Made by a program: the position numbers and the translations under genes
DNA from: Octopus bimaculoides
Lineage: Eukaryota
Direction of reading: 5' to 3'
NCBI RefSeq assembly: GCF_001194135.2
Contig: NC_068992.1
Coordinates: 7,672,245 to 7,706,488 of the forward strand
DNA: 34,244 nucleotides
The notes under the pieces: generated by a model
Databases searched by the model: none
Told to the model about the DNA's origin: nothing
The model's input: only the letters and a program-made list of their open reading frames with translations
In this document: positions 10,200 to 24,445 of the stretch, in pieces
How the letters are laid out: each line of letters starts with the position of its first letter
How positions within the stretch are numbered: position 1 is the first letter of the stretch

Positions 10200-11749
10200 C
10201 TGTAAAGAGAAGAAGAACAGAAACAGACCAGTTTATTTGAGAATTAATTTAAAGCATTGGTGTATTTATATAATGAAATTAAAATAGTGTATCCATATGA
10301 TTAAATCAAAATCGTGTATCTATATGATTGAATTAATATGAATTTTTAGAAAAGGGAAAATATCCTTTACTATACCATTTCACATGGATTAAATAGGTAC
10401 ACGATATTGTTTCTTGTTATTCTTGACAATTGCTGATTGTTAGGCGAATACAAGTTCTCTATGCTTTATCTAACAACAATGGTGTTGCTGTGTGGTTAAG
10501 GAGTTTGATTTGCAACTAGATGTTTCAGGTTCAGTCCCACAGCACAGCACCTTGGGCAAGTATCTTCTACTATAGCCCAAGTCAGAACTTATGAGTATAT
10601 TTGGTAGACGGAAACTGGAAGGAAGCTTATCATATACACTACCATCACTTTATTATCCACTTTTCCGTGCTTACATGAGTTATAGGAACTTGTTGAGGCA
10701 GATTTTCTATGGCTGGATATCTTTCCTGTCGCTAACCATCATCTTTCTAAGCAAGGTAATATTTCCTTGTGGCTGAGAAGTTGATTACAGCAGAATTGCA
10801 GATGAATGCAACAAAGCAGTTGTCAGCAGTACAAAAGGAGATGGACACAACAAGAAGGGAGTTTTTCCTTAGTTGCAAAGTTGTCAGTTATCTCACAGTG
10901 AACTGGCTATGATAGACTGTACATAACAGCAGTGGGTATCAGACCCGCTAAGCAAGGACAACCAATGACCAACTCAAACACAGCTTTTACAAGGCAACTC
11001 AGATCAGCACCAGCAGCCCACACTAAAACACAAACATGAGTGCAACACTGATACTTATCATATTGAGACCTAAGAACCATCAGTGTTTGCCAGACATTGA
11101 TGCCTTGCTCTGGAATGCTTGAATATTGCCATGCTATAGTTCAGCATAATTCCGTTATCCTGTACTAACTGGTTGTTGTCATTATGTCTGGTTTCTATAG
11201 CGATACAGGGTAACATCATTACTCAAACTGCTCACCATTAGCTCAATGAACATACCTCCAAAGGGCAGGGCTGTGGTTAAACTCGTGCAGTTTGTGAGCT
11301 TACTAGAGTGCCTTACACTGAAGACACACCCACATTTGCACACTATATCTGTCTATTGAGAAGACAACATTAGCTCAATGATTAATATTATTTCAGTCAA
11401 ATCTTGGCAAGTAAGAGTGACAACTTTGGACATGTTTTGATACTATTAGTGATAACAGAATCGATGTAATGATGGACAATAATGTTCATATGCACGAATG
11501 AAACATTTTCATAATGTCCGACAGAAATTTTCTAAACTGCTGCTTCTTACACCCAAAACCATGCCACAAGCAGAACAAAAGCAAAAGCTTTCCTCTAAAA
11601 GGACTAAAAGACAAAGGAAGAAAAAGCACGCATCACCTGCACCAAAACTTAAATATGCCAATGCAGTGTGCACTACCTCTAAAAGCCAGCCCTGTCCAGA
11701 AGCCATGATAAGGGTTGCAGCTGAGCAACAATCAGAGACTAGCATCAGT

Positions 11750-12250
11750 GTACACAGTATGAATGAGATCCAAATTGTTTGTGAAGTAGAGATTGAATAT
11801 ATTGTTTGCCCTGGCTGGTTGGAGTATTACTTGCTCTATGTCTAACTTATTGGTGAAGTTGTGCAGGGATTCCACATGTCTTTTTCCACATTGCATTATT
11901 CCTGAGAGGGAAAGGCCCTCGAGCCATCCTACATTGGGGGCAGGTTGGGGTCTCTCATGAGAAGTACACGGACGAACTGTTCATGTTTGGTCAAGGCTTC
12001 TTTTCTCCACAAGCAGTCTTTGAATAGGCCGGTGTGATTTGGATCATCTGGTGGGCAATAAGTAGTACATATAACTATATTGAGTTAACTTATATGTACA
12101 ATTAGTGCGTCACACACCGAGTTTGGGTGTGACAAAAGAATCTGGTGCATGAGATCTTCATGCTGGTACATTCCAAGCCACATGACTCCTATCTTTTCTG
12201 TTGCTTTGCGATATAACATGTATTTCTGCATCTGCAATGTTAGCTTTTAG
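11750..12250 (-). mobile_element. Decayed LINE (CR1/L2/Jockey-type) endonuclease fragment
   Basis: Minus-strand translation gives YCPPD, LMRDPNLP (compare GDFNLP) and EQVILQPARANNIFNLYFTNNLDLI (compare PTRGNNILDL.LTN). Confidence 0.65.
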
Positions 12251-12412
12251 GTGCATTTCAGTATGTTACATATCCTGAAAATACATATTTCAAATCATCT
12301 TTTCCTAAGACTTTTATTAACTGGCACTTAGTAAAAATTTAAGCAGTTTCTGAGCTGAGCGATAGATGATGATTAGTAAGATAAACAATTAAGCATAGAA
12401 ATTAATACTTAC

Positions 12413-12498
12413 TACAAGGTAGCTTAGCTGGATCAGCATTCTTTGCCCATGCAAAAAGGATTTGAGCTACATCTTTTTTACATATAGTCCCACATGAC
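12413..12498 (-). CDS. PAM: PAM/PHM exon 4 (WSCGTICKKDVAQILFAWAKNADPAKLPC)
   Basis: ccttttag|GTCATG ... TGTA|gtaagt; 86 nt, phase 2 to 1. ILFAWAKNA motif. Confidence 0.94.
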
Positions 12499-12865
12499 CT
12501 AAAAGGAAAAAAAAAATGCAGTATTGTTTAAAACTGTTGTTGTCATATTTTTGTTTAACTCTTTCGTTATCATATTTCTTACAAGATGCTGTGTATCTTT
12601 CAATTAATTTTAAATATAACAAAGAATTTAGTAAAATAACTTAGTTATCATTAAGCTAGTGTTAGGAACATAAATTGTGACTAAGGTTTGGTGGAAGATT
12701 TTAATTCAGAACTTTTGAAAATAAGACATTTGTACTACAGAGCCAGAGGTGGTTTCAGCCAGTTTGGTATCAAAAGGGCTGAATACACTGTATACACACA
12801 CACACACACAAATAAATACATACATAAAAACATAGACTGATGAGAATGTTGCATACATTGGTGCA

Positions 12866-13096
12866 GTGACTAAAGCCAGAATAACAAAAGAGTACTTCTG
12901 CAGACTCCAAAAAATATGGAACTCAGAGCTGTCTGCATTTAACAAGATTTTATCTCACAATGGTTTGGCAGTAATAGTGCTAGTACCAACATTTGGGGTA
13001 CTGGACTGGACACTTGATGAGATACGCAGCCAGGACATCAAAACCAGAAATGTACTGACCACCATATTAACAGCAACACTGATAGGATTTATGTGA
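12866..13096 (+). mobile_element. Non-LTR retrotransposon RT C-terminal fragment (R4/Dong-like)
   Basis: KIWNSELSAFNKILSHNGLAVIVLVPTFGVLDWTLDEIRSQDIKTRNVLT resembles the 'NK..AIN..AVPV..Y..G...WT..EL..LD.KTRK.LT' region. Confidence 0.6.
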
Positions 13097-13826
13097 GACA
13101 AAACCTTGGCAGTGGAGGCATAAAATCAGTTCAATGTCGTTAAGAAGGACATTTAGCCATAAAAACCATGCCAAAACAGACAGAGCTTAGTCTTTATACC
13201 TGCCAGCTCCTATCAAACTGTCCAGCCCATACCAGCATGGAGAACAGATGTCAAATGATGACAATGATGATAATATATACACAACAGGTATTTCTACTAA
13301 AGCAGCACATTTGTTTTTGTGTCTCTGTCACACTCTAACCTTTCATCATCTGGCACAAGATCACCTCCTCCAATTCCTCCCTCCCCTGTCAAAGGATTTT
13401 TGTCTTGCAAGTTACTTGGTGATCCTGCCATGTCAGTGCCACATAAAACGCATCCAGTAGACACTGTAAAGTGGCTGACATTTGGAAGGGCATCCAGCTT
13501 GTATAAACCATGCCAAAACTGACATCACCTACGCTGGTACCAAATACTGTTCTTCAAATTCCTTACTATCTTTCAAGGAGATTCAAAAGTCTAATATCTT
13601 AGGACTTCACAGTGTCAGCAGATATTGAATGAATTTGACCATCTGTTTAATGAAATATTCTCTACACCTTTTTTTGTTCTTTTATTCAAGCAGAGTTGAC
13701 TGAACATAAACCAGTAGCAACAAGTCTTAACTCTTAAGATAGCAAGCCTTTGTAGAAAACACAATAGCCATGGCTAAAAGGCATTAGATTTAATTTGACC
13801 CAAAAACTTTACACAAAACAACTCAC

Positions 13827-13914
13827 CAAATACCACCAACTGTTAATGGCTCCTGGCAACCAAATAAAATGATATGATGAGCAATGACTGCATCTGATAG
13901 TGATTCAAATTTAA
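13827..13914 (-). CDS. PAM: PAM/PHM exon 3 (VKFESLSDAVIAHHIILFGCQEPLTVGGIW; CuH His-His)
   Basis: tttcag|TTAAA ... ATTTG|gtgagt; 88 nt, phase 1 to 2. AHHIILFGC motif. Confidence 0.95.
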
Positions 13915-14017
13915 CTGAAAATAATATGGAAAATAAGATCAAATATAAATTGGGTGAAAATATATAAACTATGTAAATTTCACAACTATTCTAATTACAT
14001 TCAACAAATCTTGTTTG

Positions 14018-14053
<36 letters not shown>

Positions 14054-14055
<2 letters not shown>

Positions 14056-14298
14056 TCATCATCATCGTTTAACGTCCGCTTTCCATGCTAGCATGGGTTG
14101 GACGATTTGACTGAGGACTGGTGAAACCGGATGGCAACACCAGGCTCCAATCTAAATTTGGCAGAGTTTCTACAGCTAGATGCCCTTCCTAATGCCAACC
14201 ACTCAGAGAGTGTAGTGGGTGCTTTTACGTGTCACCCGCACGAAGGCCAGTCAGGCGATACTGGCAACGGCCATGCTCGAAATGGTCTCTTTTATGTG
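14054..14298 (-). mobile_element. Young high-copy SINE/RTE-tail repeat with (CAT)n/(ATG)n tail, truncated by a gap
   Basis: Near-identical by eye to the reverse complement of 30412-30659. Confidence 0.8.
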
Positions 14299-15038
14299 NN
14301 NNNNNNNNNNNNNNNNNNNNNNNNNNNNNNNNNNNNNNNNNNNNNNNNNNNNNNNNNNNNNNNNNNNNNNNNNNNNNNNNNNNNNNNNNNNNNNNNNNNN
14401 NNNNNNNNNNNNNNNNNNNNNNNNNNNNNNNNNNNNNNNNNNNNNNNNNNNNNNNNNNNNNNNNNNNNNNNNNNNNNNNNNNNNNNNNNNNNNNNNNNNN
14501 NNNNNNNNNNNNNNNNNNNNNNNNNNNNNNNNNNNNNNNNNNNNNNNNNNNNNNNNNNNNNNNNNNNNNNNNNNNNNNNNNNNNNNNNNNNNNNNNNNNN
14601 NNNNNNNNNNNNNNNNNNNNNNNNNNNNNNNNNNNNNNNNNNNNNNNNNNNNNNNNNNNNNNNNNNNNNNNNNNNNNNNNNNNNNNNNNNNNNNNNNNNN
14701 NNNNNNNNNNNNNNNNNNNNNNNNNNNNNNNNNNNNNNNNNNNNNNNNNNNNNNNNNNNNNNNNNNNNNNNNNNNNNNNNNNNNNNNNNNNNNNNNNNNN
14801 NNNNNNNNNNNNNNNNNNNNNNNNNNTTCTCTCAAGATACTTGGCCCGAGGCTATAGTAGAAGACACTTGCCCAAGGTGCCATGCAGTGGGGCTGAACCC
14901 GGAACCATGTGGATCGTAAACATGCTACTTACCACACAGCCACCAAACAAAAGCAAATTTGCTCTAACAACAAGCAAAATCCTATTTTGTGAAAACTCAT
15001 CCCAACTATACATAAAGTGGATTATAAAATAATTTTAC

Positions 15039-15093
15039 CAATATAATTGGTTTCCTTGGACAGCTTTTTACTGGTGCATAAGTATTCATCATC
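15039..15093 (-). CDS. PAM: PAM/PHM exon 2 (DDEYLCTSKKLSKETNYI)
   Basis: ttttag|GATGAT ... ATTG|gtaaaa; 55 nt, phase 0 to 1. D.YLC motif. Confidence 0.92.
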
Positions 15094-15741
15094 CTAAAAC
15101 AAAAGAGCAAATATCATTAGTGGCTTCCCCACCAAAAAAAAAAAAAAAATCTAAAGGAAATTAAATTCATTGACAATTCCTAAAACAGTAAAATTAATAG
15201 AAAATAAAATTCTGAAAGTATAATTCCAAAACACAGGCAATCCTAAACTTTGACATTATAACCTCAGGAACTATAATGAAAAGACTGGGTCCGATGACAG
15301 AGCTCTGGAAAGGTTCTTATGTAGTCCCTTGACCAGCTAGAAATAGCAGCCAAATCTTCAAATTACACCCTATCACTTAAAACAAAAAGGAAGGACACAT
15401 TGAATAATATTGTTCTAGATACACTGTCTGCAATAAAAAGAGAAAAAATGCTGGATGATCATAGATGGAATGTATTTGATAAAAAGTCTCCTTGTCAATT
15501 CTGATCATAGTTGATTATGTCTAGTCAGTAGTTTTGGGGATGAGCATCATCACACCCTGTCCTCATTCACTGCAAATGACCAAACCAGCAAAGCTGCCTC
15601 CATTCATCGACAGTCACAACACAACATTAACCGGACCAAAGTAGCCATTTAACTATGACAAGGGCTTTCTGGTTGGGCAGTTATAAGAAACAGTGATAAT
15701 ATCAAGAAAATTAAGAGAACAGACTGAGAAATCCTACTTAC

Positions 15742-15939
15742 CTTAGATGGTCTGGCTCCAGGCATAGTGATTGCTATTTTCTCTAGATCTAAATCCTCAA
15801 AGTTTTTCACCTTCCTTGTCACTGGATCTAAACAAGTATTTTTCTCTGTGACTACATGAGTAGTAATAGTACCTAGGAAAGTGCAGACCAGCAGTAACAA
15901 AGCCAACAGCAGGGAGGTGTGTGGCAGAACCGAGATCAT
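15742..15939 (-). CDS. PAM: PAM/PHM first coding exon: signal peptide MISVLPHTSLLLALLLLVCTFLG through ITMPGARPSK
   Basis: ATG at 15939; hydrophobic leader; MPG..P motif at the start of the PHM core; donor AAG|gtaagt. An acceptor ttag| at 15974 implies an upstream 5' exon. Confidence 0.9.
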
Positions 15940-16199
15940 AGTGACTGTGAAAAGAGTCCTTCCAGCTGGGCAGCTAAACAAATTTTAATTCAATACCTAT
16001 AAAAGTAAATCATTTACACAGTTGAATTATATAAGGAGGTGGTCATACAAGCATACAAACATACACACACTATAGAACGATACAAAAGATGATTTGTTTC
16101 AAACAAGAAAAACAAAGTAACCATGTTGCTTTCTTCACCAGTTTAATATTTGTTGTTTTGGGATTTTTTTTTCTTTGATTTCTCTCCCTCCATGAATAA

Positions 16200-16320
16200 C
16201 TCACTTCCTCGAAGACAATCTGTTGAACTCCAACCAGTATGGTTTCCGGGATGGGATGGTCACAACTATAATGTACTTGATTAGAGGTCTGCTAAATCAA
16301 AACTGACCTGACAGTCAATT
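16200..16320 (+). mobile_element. Small LINE RT fragment
   Basis: Translates HFLEDNLLNSNQYGFRDG (QYGFR motif of RT domain 2). Confidence 0.5.
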
Positions 16321-17085
16321 ACTTCATACGCACACACTGAGAACAGGTACATGAGAATATGAAAAAAACAAATGTGTGCATGTGTGGGTGAGAGGTTGCT
16401 TGGGTGGGTAGGTAGATATATATATATATGCATGTATAAACGGGACAGCCAGATTAAAACCACCAATGCCCTAAGCATAGCCTGAAAATAATTTCCCCAC
16501 TCAAATCTCCTATTACTGAAATACTAAAAAAAAAAACAAATACCTAAAAGTGCTGAATGTGATATATCAGATTAAATTCAGTTTCCTTTTAGGCTATCTC
16601 GTAGCCCAGATCACACAACAATATTAAATATCTAGATGTTTTTTAAAAATTTATTTATTCAACATTAAACAGCAGAAAGCAATATAAAGAATCTACTTAT
16701 TCACAGTAACAGGAAAAAACATGCAAATTTTCAAAACATTTTTATTGATTTAAAAACAAAAAAAAATCTGTTTGAAGAAAATATAAATACAAAATTTCAT
16801 AGAAATTTTCTTTTCAAGTTTTGAAATCATAAATTCAAATAAAGTAATGTTATGTTTACCAGAATGATGATATTGTATGTATATTTCAGATATTTGAGAT
16901 ATTTTATGACAATAAAAGTCACCTATAGAATACAAAATTCAAGTTTGCAACACTGACTAGCTATACCAAGAAACAGACCAAGAGAACATAGCATACTTTT
17001 ACTTTGTGAAGTGGCTTAGTGATATGTTTAAAGACTACTGTTACTTGGTGGATAAAAGCATCATATTCTTGCCTCTTTAATTCTT

Positions 17086-17650
17086 TTGATCTCAAACATA
17101 CATGTTAGAGACCACAGACTACAGGAGGTGGAGAAGTTTACCTATCTTGGCTCTACAGTGACCTACAACCTATCCCTTGATGCCGAGCTCAATATACGCA
17201 TTGGCAAGGCAGCTGCTGTGATGGCCCAGCTCTCCAAACGGGCATGGGACAACAATAATCTGACCAAGACCACAAAAATGAAGATTTACCAGGCATGTGT
17301 ACTTAACACTCTAATGTATGGCAGTGAGACCTGGACGCCATACACACGCCAAGAGAGTTGCCTAAATATCTTTCACCTGCACTGCCTCCGAAAAATCCTT
17401 GGCATCAAATGGCAGAATCGTGTCCCCCAACAAAGATGTCTCAAGCAAGCAGGAATACCAAGCATGTTTGCATTCTCACACAAAGACATATGAGATAGCT
17501 TGGACATGTTAGTCGTATGGAAGATGGCAGAATCCCGAAGGACATATTCTACGGAGAGCTTCCTAGGAGCACTAGGTCTGTTGGAAGACCGTTCTTACGA
17601 TACAAGGAAGTTGGCAAAAGGGACATGAAGGCCTGTGACATCAATATTAC
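17086..17650 (+). mobile_element. RTE-clade LINE fragment (RT C-terminus), frameshifted
   Basis: EVEKFTYLGS...IRIGKAAA...KMKIYQACVLNTLMYGSETWT, then LGHVSRMEDGRIPKDIFYGEL...GRPFLRYK in another frame. Confidence 0.85.
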
Positions 17651-17729
17651 CAACTGTTGGTAGAGTATTGAGGACTGTTTTTTTGTCGTCATATTGTCTC
17701 AGATGTTCATTTAGTCGTTCTGCAATATA

Positions 17730-19220
17730 TAAATATACACACATACATACGTACGTACGTACATACACACACACATAAAAACGTAGAGACACATGTACGT
17801 ATATATACATACACATATATGTAGACACATACACATATATGTAGACACATACCTATACACACACAGACGTACGTATATATACACACACACACATACGTAT
17901 ACACAAACACACACCTACACGTATATGTACAGACATATACGTACGTATATACACACATATACGTACGTATATAGACACATAAACGTACGTACGTACATAC
18001 ACACACACACGTACGTACGTACATACATACAAAGACACACACATACGTACATACGTAGATACAAACACACATATACGTACGTAGGTACACACACATATAC
18101 GTACGTACATACACATACACACGCACACATACGTACGTATACACACACGTCAGAACGTATATACACACACGTACGTATACTCACATACGTACATATACAC
18201 ACGTNNNNNNNNNNNNNNNNNNNNNNNNNNNNNNNNNNNNNNNNNNNNNNNNNNNNNNNNNNNNNNNNNNNNNNNNNNNNNNNNNNNNNNNNNNNNNNNN
18301 NNNNNNNNNNNNNNNNNNNNNNNNNNNNNNNNNNNNNNNNNNNNNNNNNNNNNNNNNNNNNNNNNNNNNNNNNNNNNNNNNNNNNNNNNNNNNNNNNNNN
18401 NNNNNNNNNNNNNNNNNNNNNNNNNNNNNNNNNNNNNNNNNNNNNNNNNNNNNNNNNNNNNNNNNNNNNNNNNNNNNNNNNNNNNNNNNNNNNNNNNNNN
18501 NNNNNNNNNNNNNNNNNNNNNNNNNNNNNNNNNNNNNNNNNNNNNNNNNNNNNNNNNNNNNNNNNNNNNNNNNNNNNNNNNNNNNNNNNNNNNNNNNNNN
18601 NNNNNNNNNNNNNNNNNNNNNNNNNNNNNNNNNNNNNNNNNNNNNNNNNNNNNNNNNNNNNNNNNNNNNNNNNNNNNNNNNNNNNNNNNNNNNNNNNNNN
18701 NNNNNNNNNNNNCACACATATGTACCTATATATTCACACATACGTATGTACGTACATATTCACACATATGAACCTATATATTCACACATACGTACGCATA
18801 GATACATACGTAGTTACAGACACATACGTACGTATATACACACACAAATGTGCGAATATCGTGTGTATACGTGCGTTTATGCACACATATGTGCGTATAT
18901 GAACACATATACGTGCGTATATGCACACATATATACGTGCGTATAGACACACATATATACGTGCGTATAGACACACATACGTACGTATAAGCACGCATAT
19001 ACGTACGTATAAGCACGCATATACGTACGTATAAGCACGCATATACGTACGTATAAGCACACATATACGTACGTATAAGCACACATATACGTACGTATAG
19101 ACACATATACATACGTATAGACACATATACACTCAAGTACAAACAATCTTACGTACAAACACACATATTCTTACATGCATATACACATACGTACGTATAC
19201 ACACACACACACACACACGT
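17730..19220. repeat. Complex (AC)/(AT)/(ACGT) microsatellite field with gap
   Basis: Directly visible; includes about 22-bp higher-order units (ATATACGTACGTATAAGCACGC) near 18980-19100. Confidence 0.95.
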
Positions 19221-20307
19221 TCGTAAATACAAATATGAATACAATATAGTGGAACAATATAATACGACCGAGGGTTCTGATGATTCGTGTAAGGAGGAAC
19301 TATGATTGAAGTGGTGGAATTCATTCATTCACACTGACTTCCAAAAACACTTTTCATTATTTCTTCAAGCCCGAATTCAAAGATAAAACTCGTTCTTCCT
19401 GCCTCTACAAAGTCGAATTTTTATCAACTCTTAATCCTTTTTCATTTAAATTTTCCCCGACGCCGACCATGATACGAACCAACGAAGAGAGGAGACTGTA
19501 CGTGATAGATCACCCCGCAAGAAGCAGCATCTAAATCTCCCTCAAATCACATCCTATAGTCTTATAACAAGGATAGAATACGTTAGATAATGTAATAATC
19601 TACACACCGCCACATATGGAATGTCCTTAAATCACGGGTCTATTCTAGATGGGAGCCAAACAACTTTACTCGATTTCTAGTATATTTTTCTTCTTTATTC
19701 GTACAACCTTAGTCACACACACACACACACACACACTCACACGAATTATGAATGGATTCGTAGGCGGGTATGTGACGAGAAAAATAAAACAGCCAGGACG
19801 CAGTTGAATGAAAGCCCGACAGAGACGTTTGGCGTGCTAAAAACTGCAGCCAAATTTCCCTCTTATCACATCCTACCATCTTTCAAAACACACACACACA
19901 CACATAATCGATAATGTTGTGCAGAGGAACGTAATATTGGGGAAAAAAATTAAAATTAAAAACAGGTTGGTCACGACATGATTACAGGTCTGCCTAATAT
20001 GGCATTTAAATTTTCCCAAACAGTAACAACAAGGGTAGAAGTGAGTGAGGGAAAACTTAATAAGTACCCCACATTGTTTACAAACGTACCTCGAACTTTA
20101 TTGTGTATGCAAATGTGTGTGTGTATGAAATTCATGTATAAGCAGTACTGTATATATATATATAAATATATATGATGTAGCTAGCTTATTGAATGTGGGA
20201 GTTTAGTTATTTATGAGATGAACACAAATACGTCAGACTGGGCAATTGACAATCGGATATGTTTGCGCATATGTGTATGTACATACATATACACACCGAA
20301 TATATAT

Positions 20308-20343
<36 letters not shown>

Positions 20344-20454
20344 TGCTTTATGGCGCAGTGGATCACATATCCGTAACAGAATTTCCCTGACATATGACAT
20401 ATCCGTAACAGAAAATGGACGATTAATGAAACATATATGTATATGTATACACAC

Positions 20455-20590
20455 TCGCCGAGGTCGGCTTTACTTTTCATCGTTTCGGGGTCGATAAATT
20501 AAGTACCAGTGGCGTACTGGGGTCAATCTAATCGACCGGCCCCACCCTCCCCAAAAGTTTCGGGCCTTGTGCCAAGAGTAGAAAAGTTGT
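20455..20590 (+). repeat. SINE 3'-half fragment; related copies at 23450-23610 and 32560-32640
   Basis: Shared GGTCGATAAATTAAGTACCAGT...ACTGGGGTC block. Confidence 0.65.
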
Positions 20591-20624
20591 AAATATTAAC
20601 CAAGAATATATACATCACACCTAA

Positions 20625-21190
<566 letters not shown>

Positions 21191-21387
21191 ATTATATATT
21201 GCTGTTATGCCAAGATAAACATGACCATAAAGATACGAAGAAACCACACAAACACTGAAAGTTGAGGGAAATTATCTCAACATACTACTTGATAATGCTA
21301 ATAGCGATAAATTAATGTCAACAATATGGTTTAAATCCTTCAAAGACACTGACAGTATGTTACTAGATATAACGGCGACATACTTAC

Positions 21388-21523
21388 GACAGTCAACCAT
21401 GTTCTGGTCTGTTGTTGTGAAATCCGAAAGAAGGCAGACGACTCAGTCACGTGGCCGTATATGAATAATGAATATTCATGAGCTTTATGAGGCGGCGGCG
21501 GGGGTGGGAAGAGACGGAAAGGT
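21388..21523. promoter_or_regulatory. Candidate bidirectional promoter / divergent first exons
   Basis: CpG-rich non-repeat patch with a minus-strand donor GTC|gtaagt (21388), a plus-strand donor AAG|gtaata (21521), E-box CACGTG (21448-21453) and palindrome ATGAATATTCAT (21468-21479). Confidence 0.4.
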
Positions 21524-21524
21524 A

Positions 21525-22330
21525 ATAAGGAGATGATGGATTTGGATGTGAGAGGTAATAACGAGATAGTGGAGGTAAGATGGAAGTGTCGGAGGTGGAG
21601 GTAAAAGGAAATAAGATGTGAAAGGAAAAAGGAATGAAGAAAACGTCGGAGGTACAGGTGAAGGCGATGTCGGAGGTGACATGGATGAAGGTGTTAGAGG
21701 TGGCGATGAAGAAAATATAGAACGATTGAGAAGGGAGTTGAAATAAGGGATAAGAATAATAATAATATGGAAGATGGAATGAGTGGAATTTTAAAAAATA
21801 ATTCAGAGTTGGGAGGTAGTTAATGAACTTGAAAGAAATGAAGGAGATTGGTAGGAATGAAACAATTAATACCAGAGTGAGGTGAATGGAATTGAAAGAG
21901 ATAAAGAAGGATGATGGGAATGAAGGGATTAATGTGGAGGAGGGGGTAGAGTGAATGAAATTGAAAGAAGTAAAGGGTGATAGGAATGAATGAAATAATG
22001 TGGGATGGAAGAAGAATCGAAAGAGATTAGAAGAGGTGATGGGAATTGAAGAAATACCAGGAGGAATAAAAGAAATAATGCAAGGGGGGGGGGGTGAATG
22101 AGATTGAATGAAATATGAGAGAGGAGTGATAATCAATGAAATAATGGTAGATGAAAGGAACTAGAAAAAAAAAGATAAGGTAATGGAAGTGGGGCGAAAA
22201 GAAGGAAAGTAGTAGAGTGAGAATGGTGAAAGAAACATGGAGATGAGAAAGAAAGAAATAATAAAGATGGTGGAGAAAGAAATGAAGGAAGGAAAACAAA
22301 GGAGGGAAAGGAATGGATAAAAGACGACAT
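21525..22330. repeat. Purine-rich (GA) low-complexity tract; a similar tract lies at 23150-23400
   Basis: Strong plus-strand A/G skew; explains the F/S/P-rich minus-strand ORFs. Confidence 0.85.
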
Positions 22331-22659
22331 GTAGATGGGAGAATGCCTTGATTATTAAACCTTTAGTGTTCGCATTATTCTGTCAAAATTAATGCTTTTT
22401 TATCCACATTGTTTTGAACTAATCATGTGTTATCTTGTAGCTATGAGATTTTGATGAGGTAGCTGTTAATTTTTAAAACGATATTGTAGGGTTGGTGTGA
22501 GAGACCAGATCTGGCCAGTTTGAACATAAAACAGGCAGAATACTTTTGGCTGGATATGGCCGGTTTAAATGCTAAAGTGTTAAACCTTTTGTCTATCCAA
22601 AGCATTTTCATAATTTTTTTCTAAATATCTATGCTTATTTTTGATTCATGGCAGTACAC

Positions 22660-22910
22660 TGTGTGCTTGAGCAAGACACTTTATTTCATGTTGGCCCAGT
22701 CCACTCAGCTGGCAAAAATGAGTTCTAACTGTGAGTCAAAGATCAAGCTTTGTCACATTTTGTGTCATGCTGAATCTCCCTGAGAATTATGTTAAGGGTA
22801 TGTGTGCCTGTGGAGCGCTCAGCCACTTTCACATTAATTTCATGACTAAGTTGTTCCATTGATTGGATCAGCTAGAACCTTTGTCATCATAACCGATGAA
22901 ATGCCAATTG
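22660..22910 (+). mobile_element. Old degenerate copy of the SINE family at 9476-9862
   Basis: GTTAAGGGTATGTGTGCCTGTGGAGCGCTCAGCCACTT aligns to the reverse complement of about 9560-9600, with CpGs decayed. Confidence 0.7.
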
Positions 22911-24445
22911 TTTTTTCTTTCCATACTTTTGGTTAGTCCTTTTTTCATATGTTCTGAGTAATATAAAACTTTCCTTTCACAAGTCCCAAAATATTCTGTA
23001 CTCATTTCAAAAACAAATTTGGAAACGAGTACTATACATGTTGCATGGACACCAAGAAAATATGCCTTGTGTATCACATGTGATATACAAGACAAGCAAA
23101 AGGTTAACTAAGGTAGCTGGTGGGGTTCAGTAGATGAAATAAAGTGAATGACAGAAAAGAGATGTGAGGGGTAACATGAATGGAATTAAAAGAAATAAGG
23201 TGATAAAGGTGGGTGGTTAAAATTGAAAAGAATAAGGTATAAATGGTGAATTAGACAAAAGAAAGAAAGAGTAATTGAAGAAATATAAAAAAAAAAGTAA
23301 TAAGAGGCAGTGGTGAAAGGAATGAAAAACAAGGCGGAGAAGAGAAAGAGAAACAAAAGATTTAAAATGAAGTCAATGAAGATAAAAAGAATGCAAACGA
23401 ATACAGAGAATAATGTTTTGATTAAGTGACTTATATTGTGTTCAAATCCCAATAAAGTTAAACTCTACCTTTCATTCATCTGGGGTTGGTAAAATAAGTA
23501 CCCATTGAGTACTGAGATTGATAAATTAAAAGTACCAGTTAAGTACTGGGCTTGATATAACTCATCACACTCATTCCCCAAATCAACAGTCTTGTACTTA
23601 TGATAAAAAAGATTATTATTATTATTACATGATTCTATACTTTGGTTTATAGTTTATCGTTCACACATTAATATTTAAAAATGTAAAAAGAAGGAAAAAA
23701 CAAGAGAAAAAGAAAAGAAGCAATTTAGATTGGATTCAAATTTTGGCACAAGGCCAGTAATTTCAAGGGTGATGTACATTGATTACATTGACCCCAGTAT
23801 ACAACTGATATGGTAGGTTCCTCAGTGACATTTATTCCCTCATTTTACAGAGGACCATGTGCTTTCCACTTGTTGCATGTGGGTACCAGCTTTCAAGTCA
23901 ATAAATTCAATGGTATGGTTTACTGTTCTCAGTTTTCAATTTTTCTATCATATTTGAAAGGTGAAAGTTGGCTGTGGTCCTACTGCTCTTTAGGTTGAAA
24001 GGCCCAGGAAAAGATATAGTTCAAAATTATGGAAATGAGATAGTGACAGGACAGCAACTGAAAATATCTGTTTGTCAAAGAAAAATAAAATATATGAAGC
24101 AGACAATACCTTGGTTTTTTTACTATGGAAACAGGCACCAATATGTCCATGGCTTTCAATTGGCTAAGATTACCTAAAATTTGCAAGCTTTAAAAGCTCT
24201 TAACTTTTTAATTATTAATTTATGGCAAAAATGAACTTCATTTCCATAAATAGCATACACCAAATTTGAAATCATTTGGAACAAAATTAAAGAAATTGAA
24301 AAGTGTGAGCCAAACAGAAAAGATTTGCCTTGGCTTCTATAGCTAACAGACTGAATAACTGTTGTGAGCAAACTTTATATACAGGACTTTCTGAATAGCT
24401 AGCGTAACAAAAAATTACCTTGATTATTTTTTAGAAGTTTCACTT

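Noticed and set aside
11498-11845. 115-aa Lys-rich plus-strand ORF
   Set aside because: It partly overlaps the antisense of a decayed LINE endonuclease fragment and has no recognisable domain or splice support.
19277-19337. TGATGA...CTGA snoRNA-like pair
   Set aside because: Box C lacks the leading purine, the terminal stem is weak, and there is no supporting intron context.
20365-20413. 17-bp direct repeat ACATATCCGTAACAGAA separated by 15 bp
   Set aside because: Only two copies; an ordinary local duplication.
21447-22330. Minus-strand F/S/P/I-rich ORFs of up to 229 aa
   Set aside because: By-product of a purine-skewed low-complexity tract.
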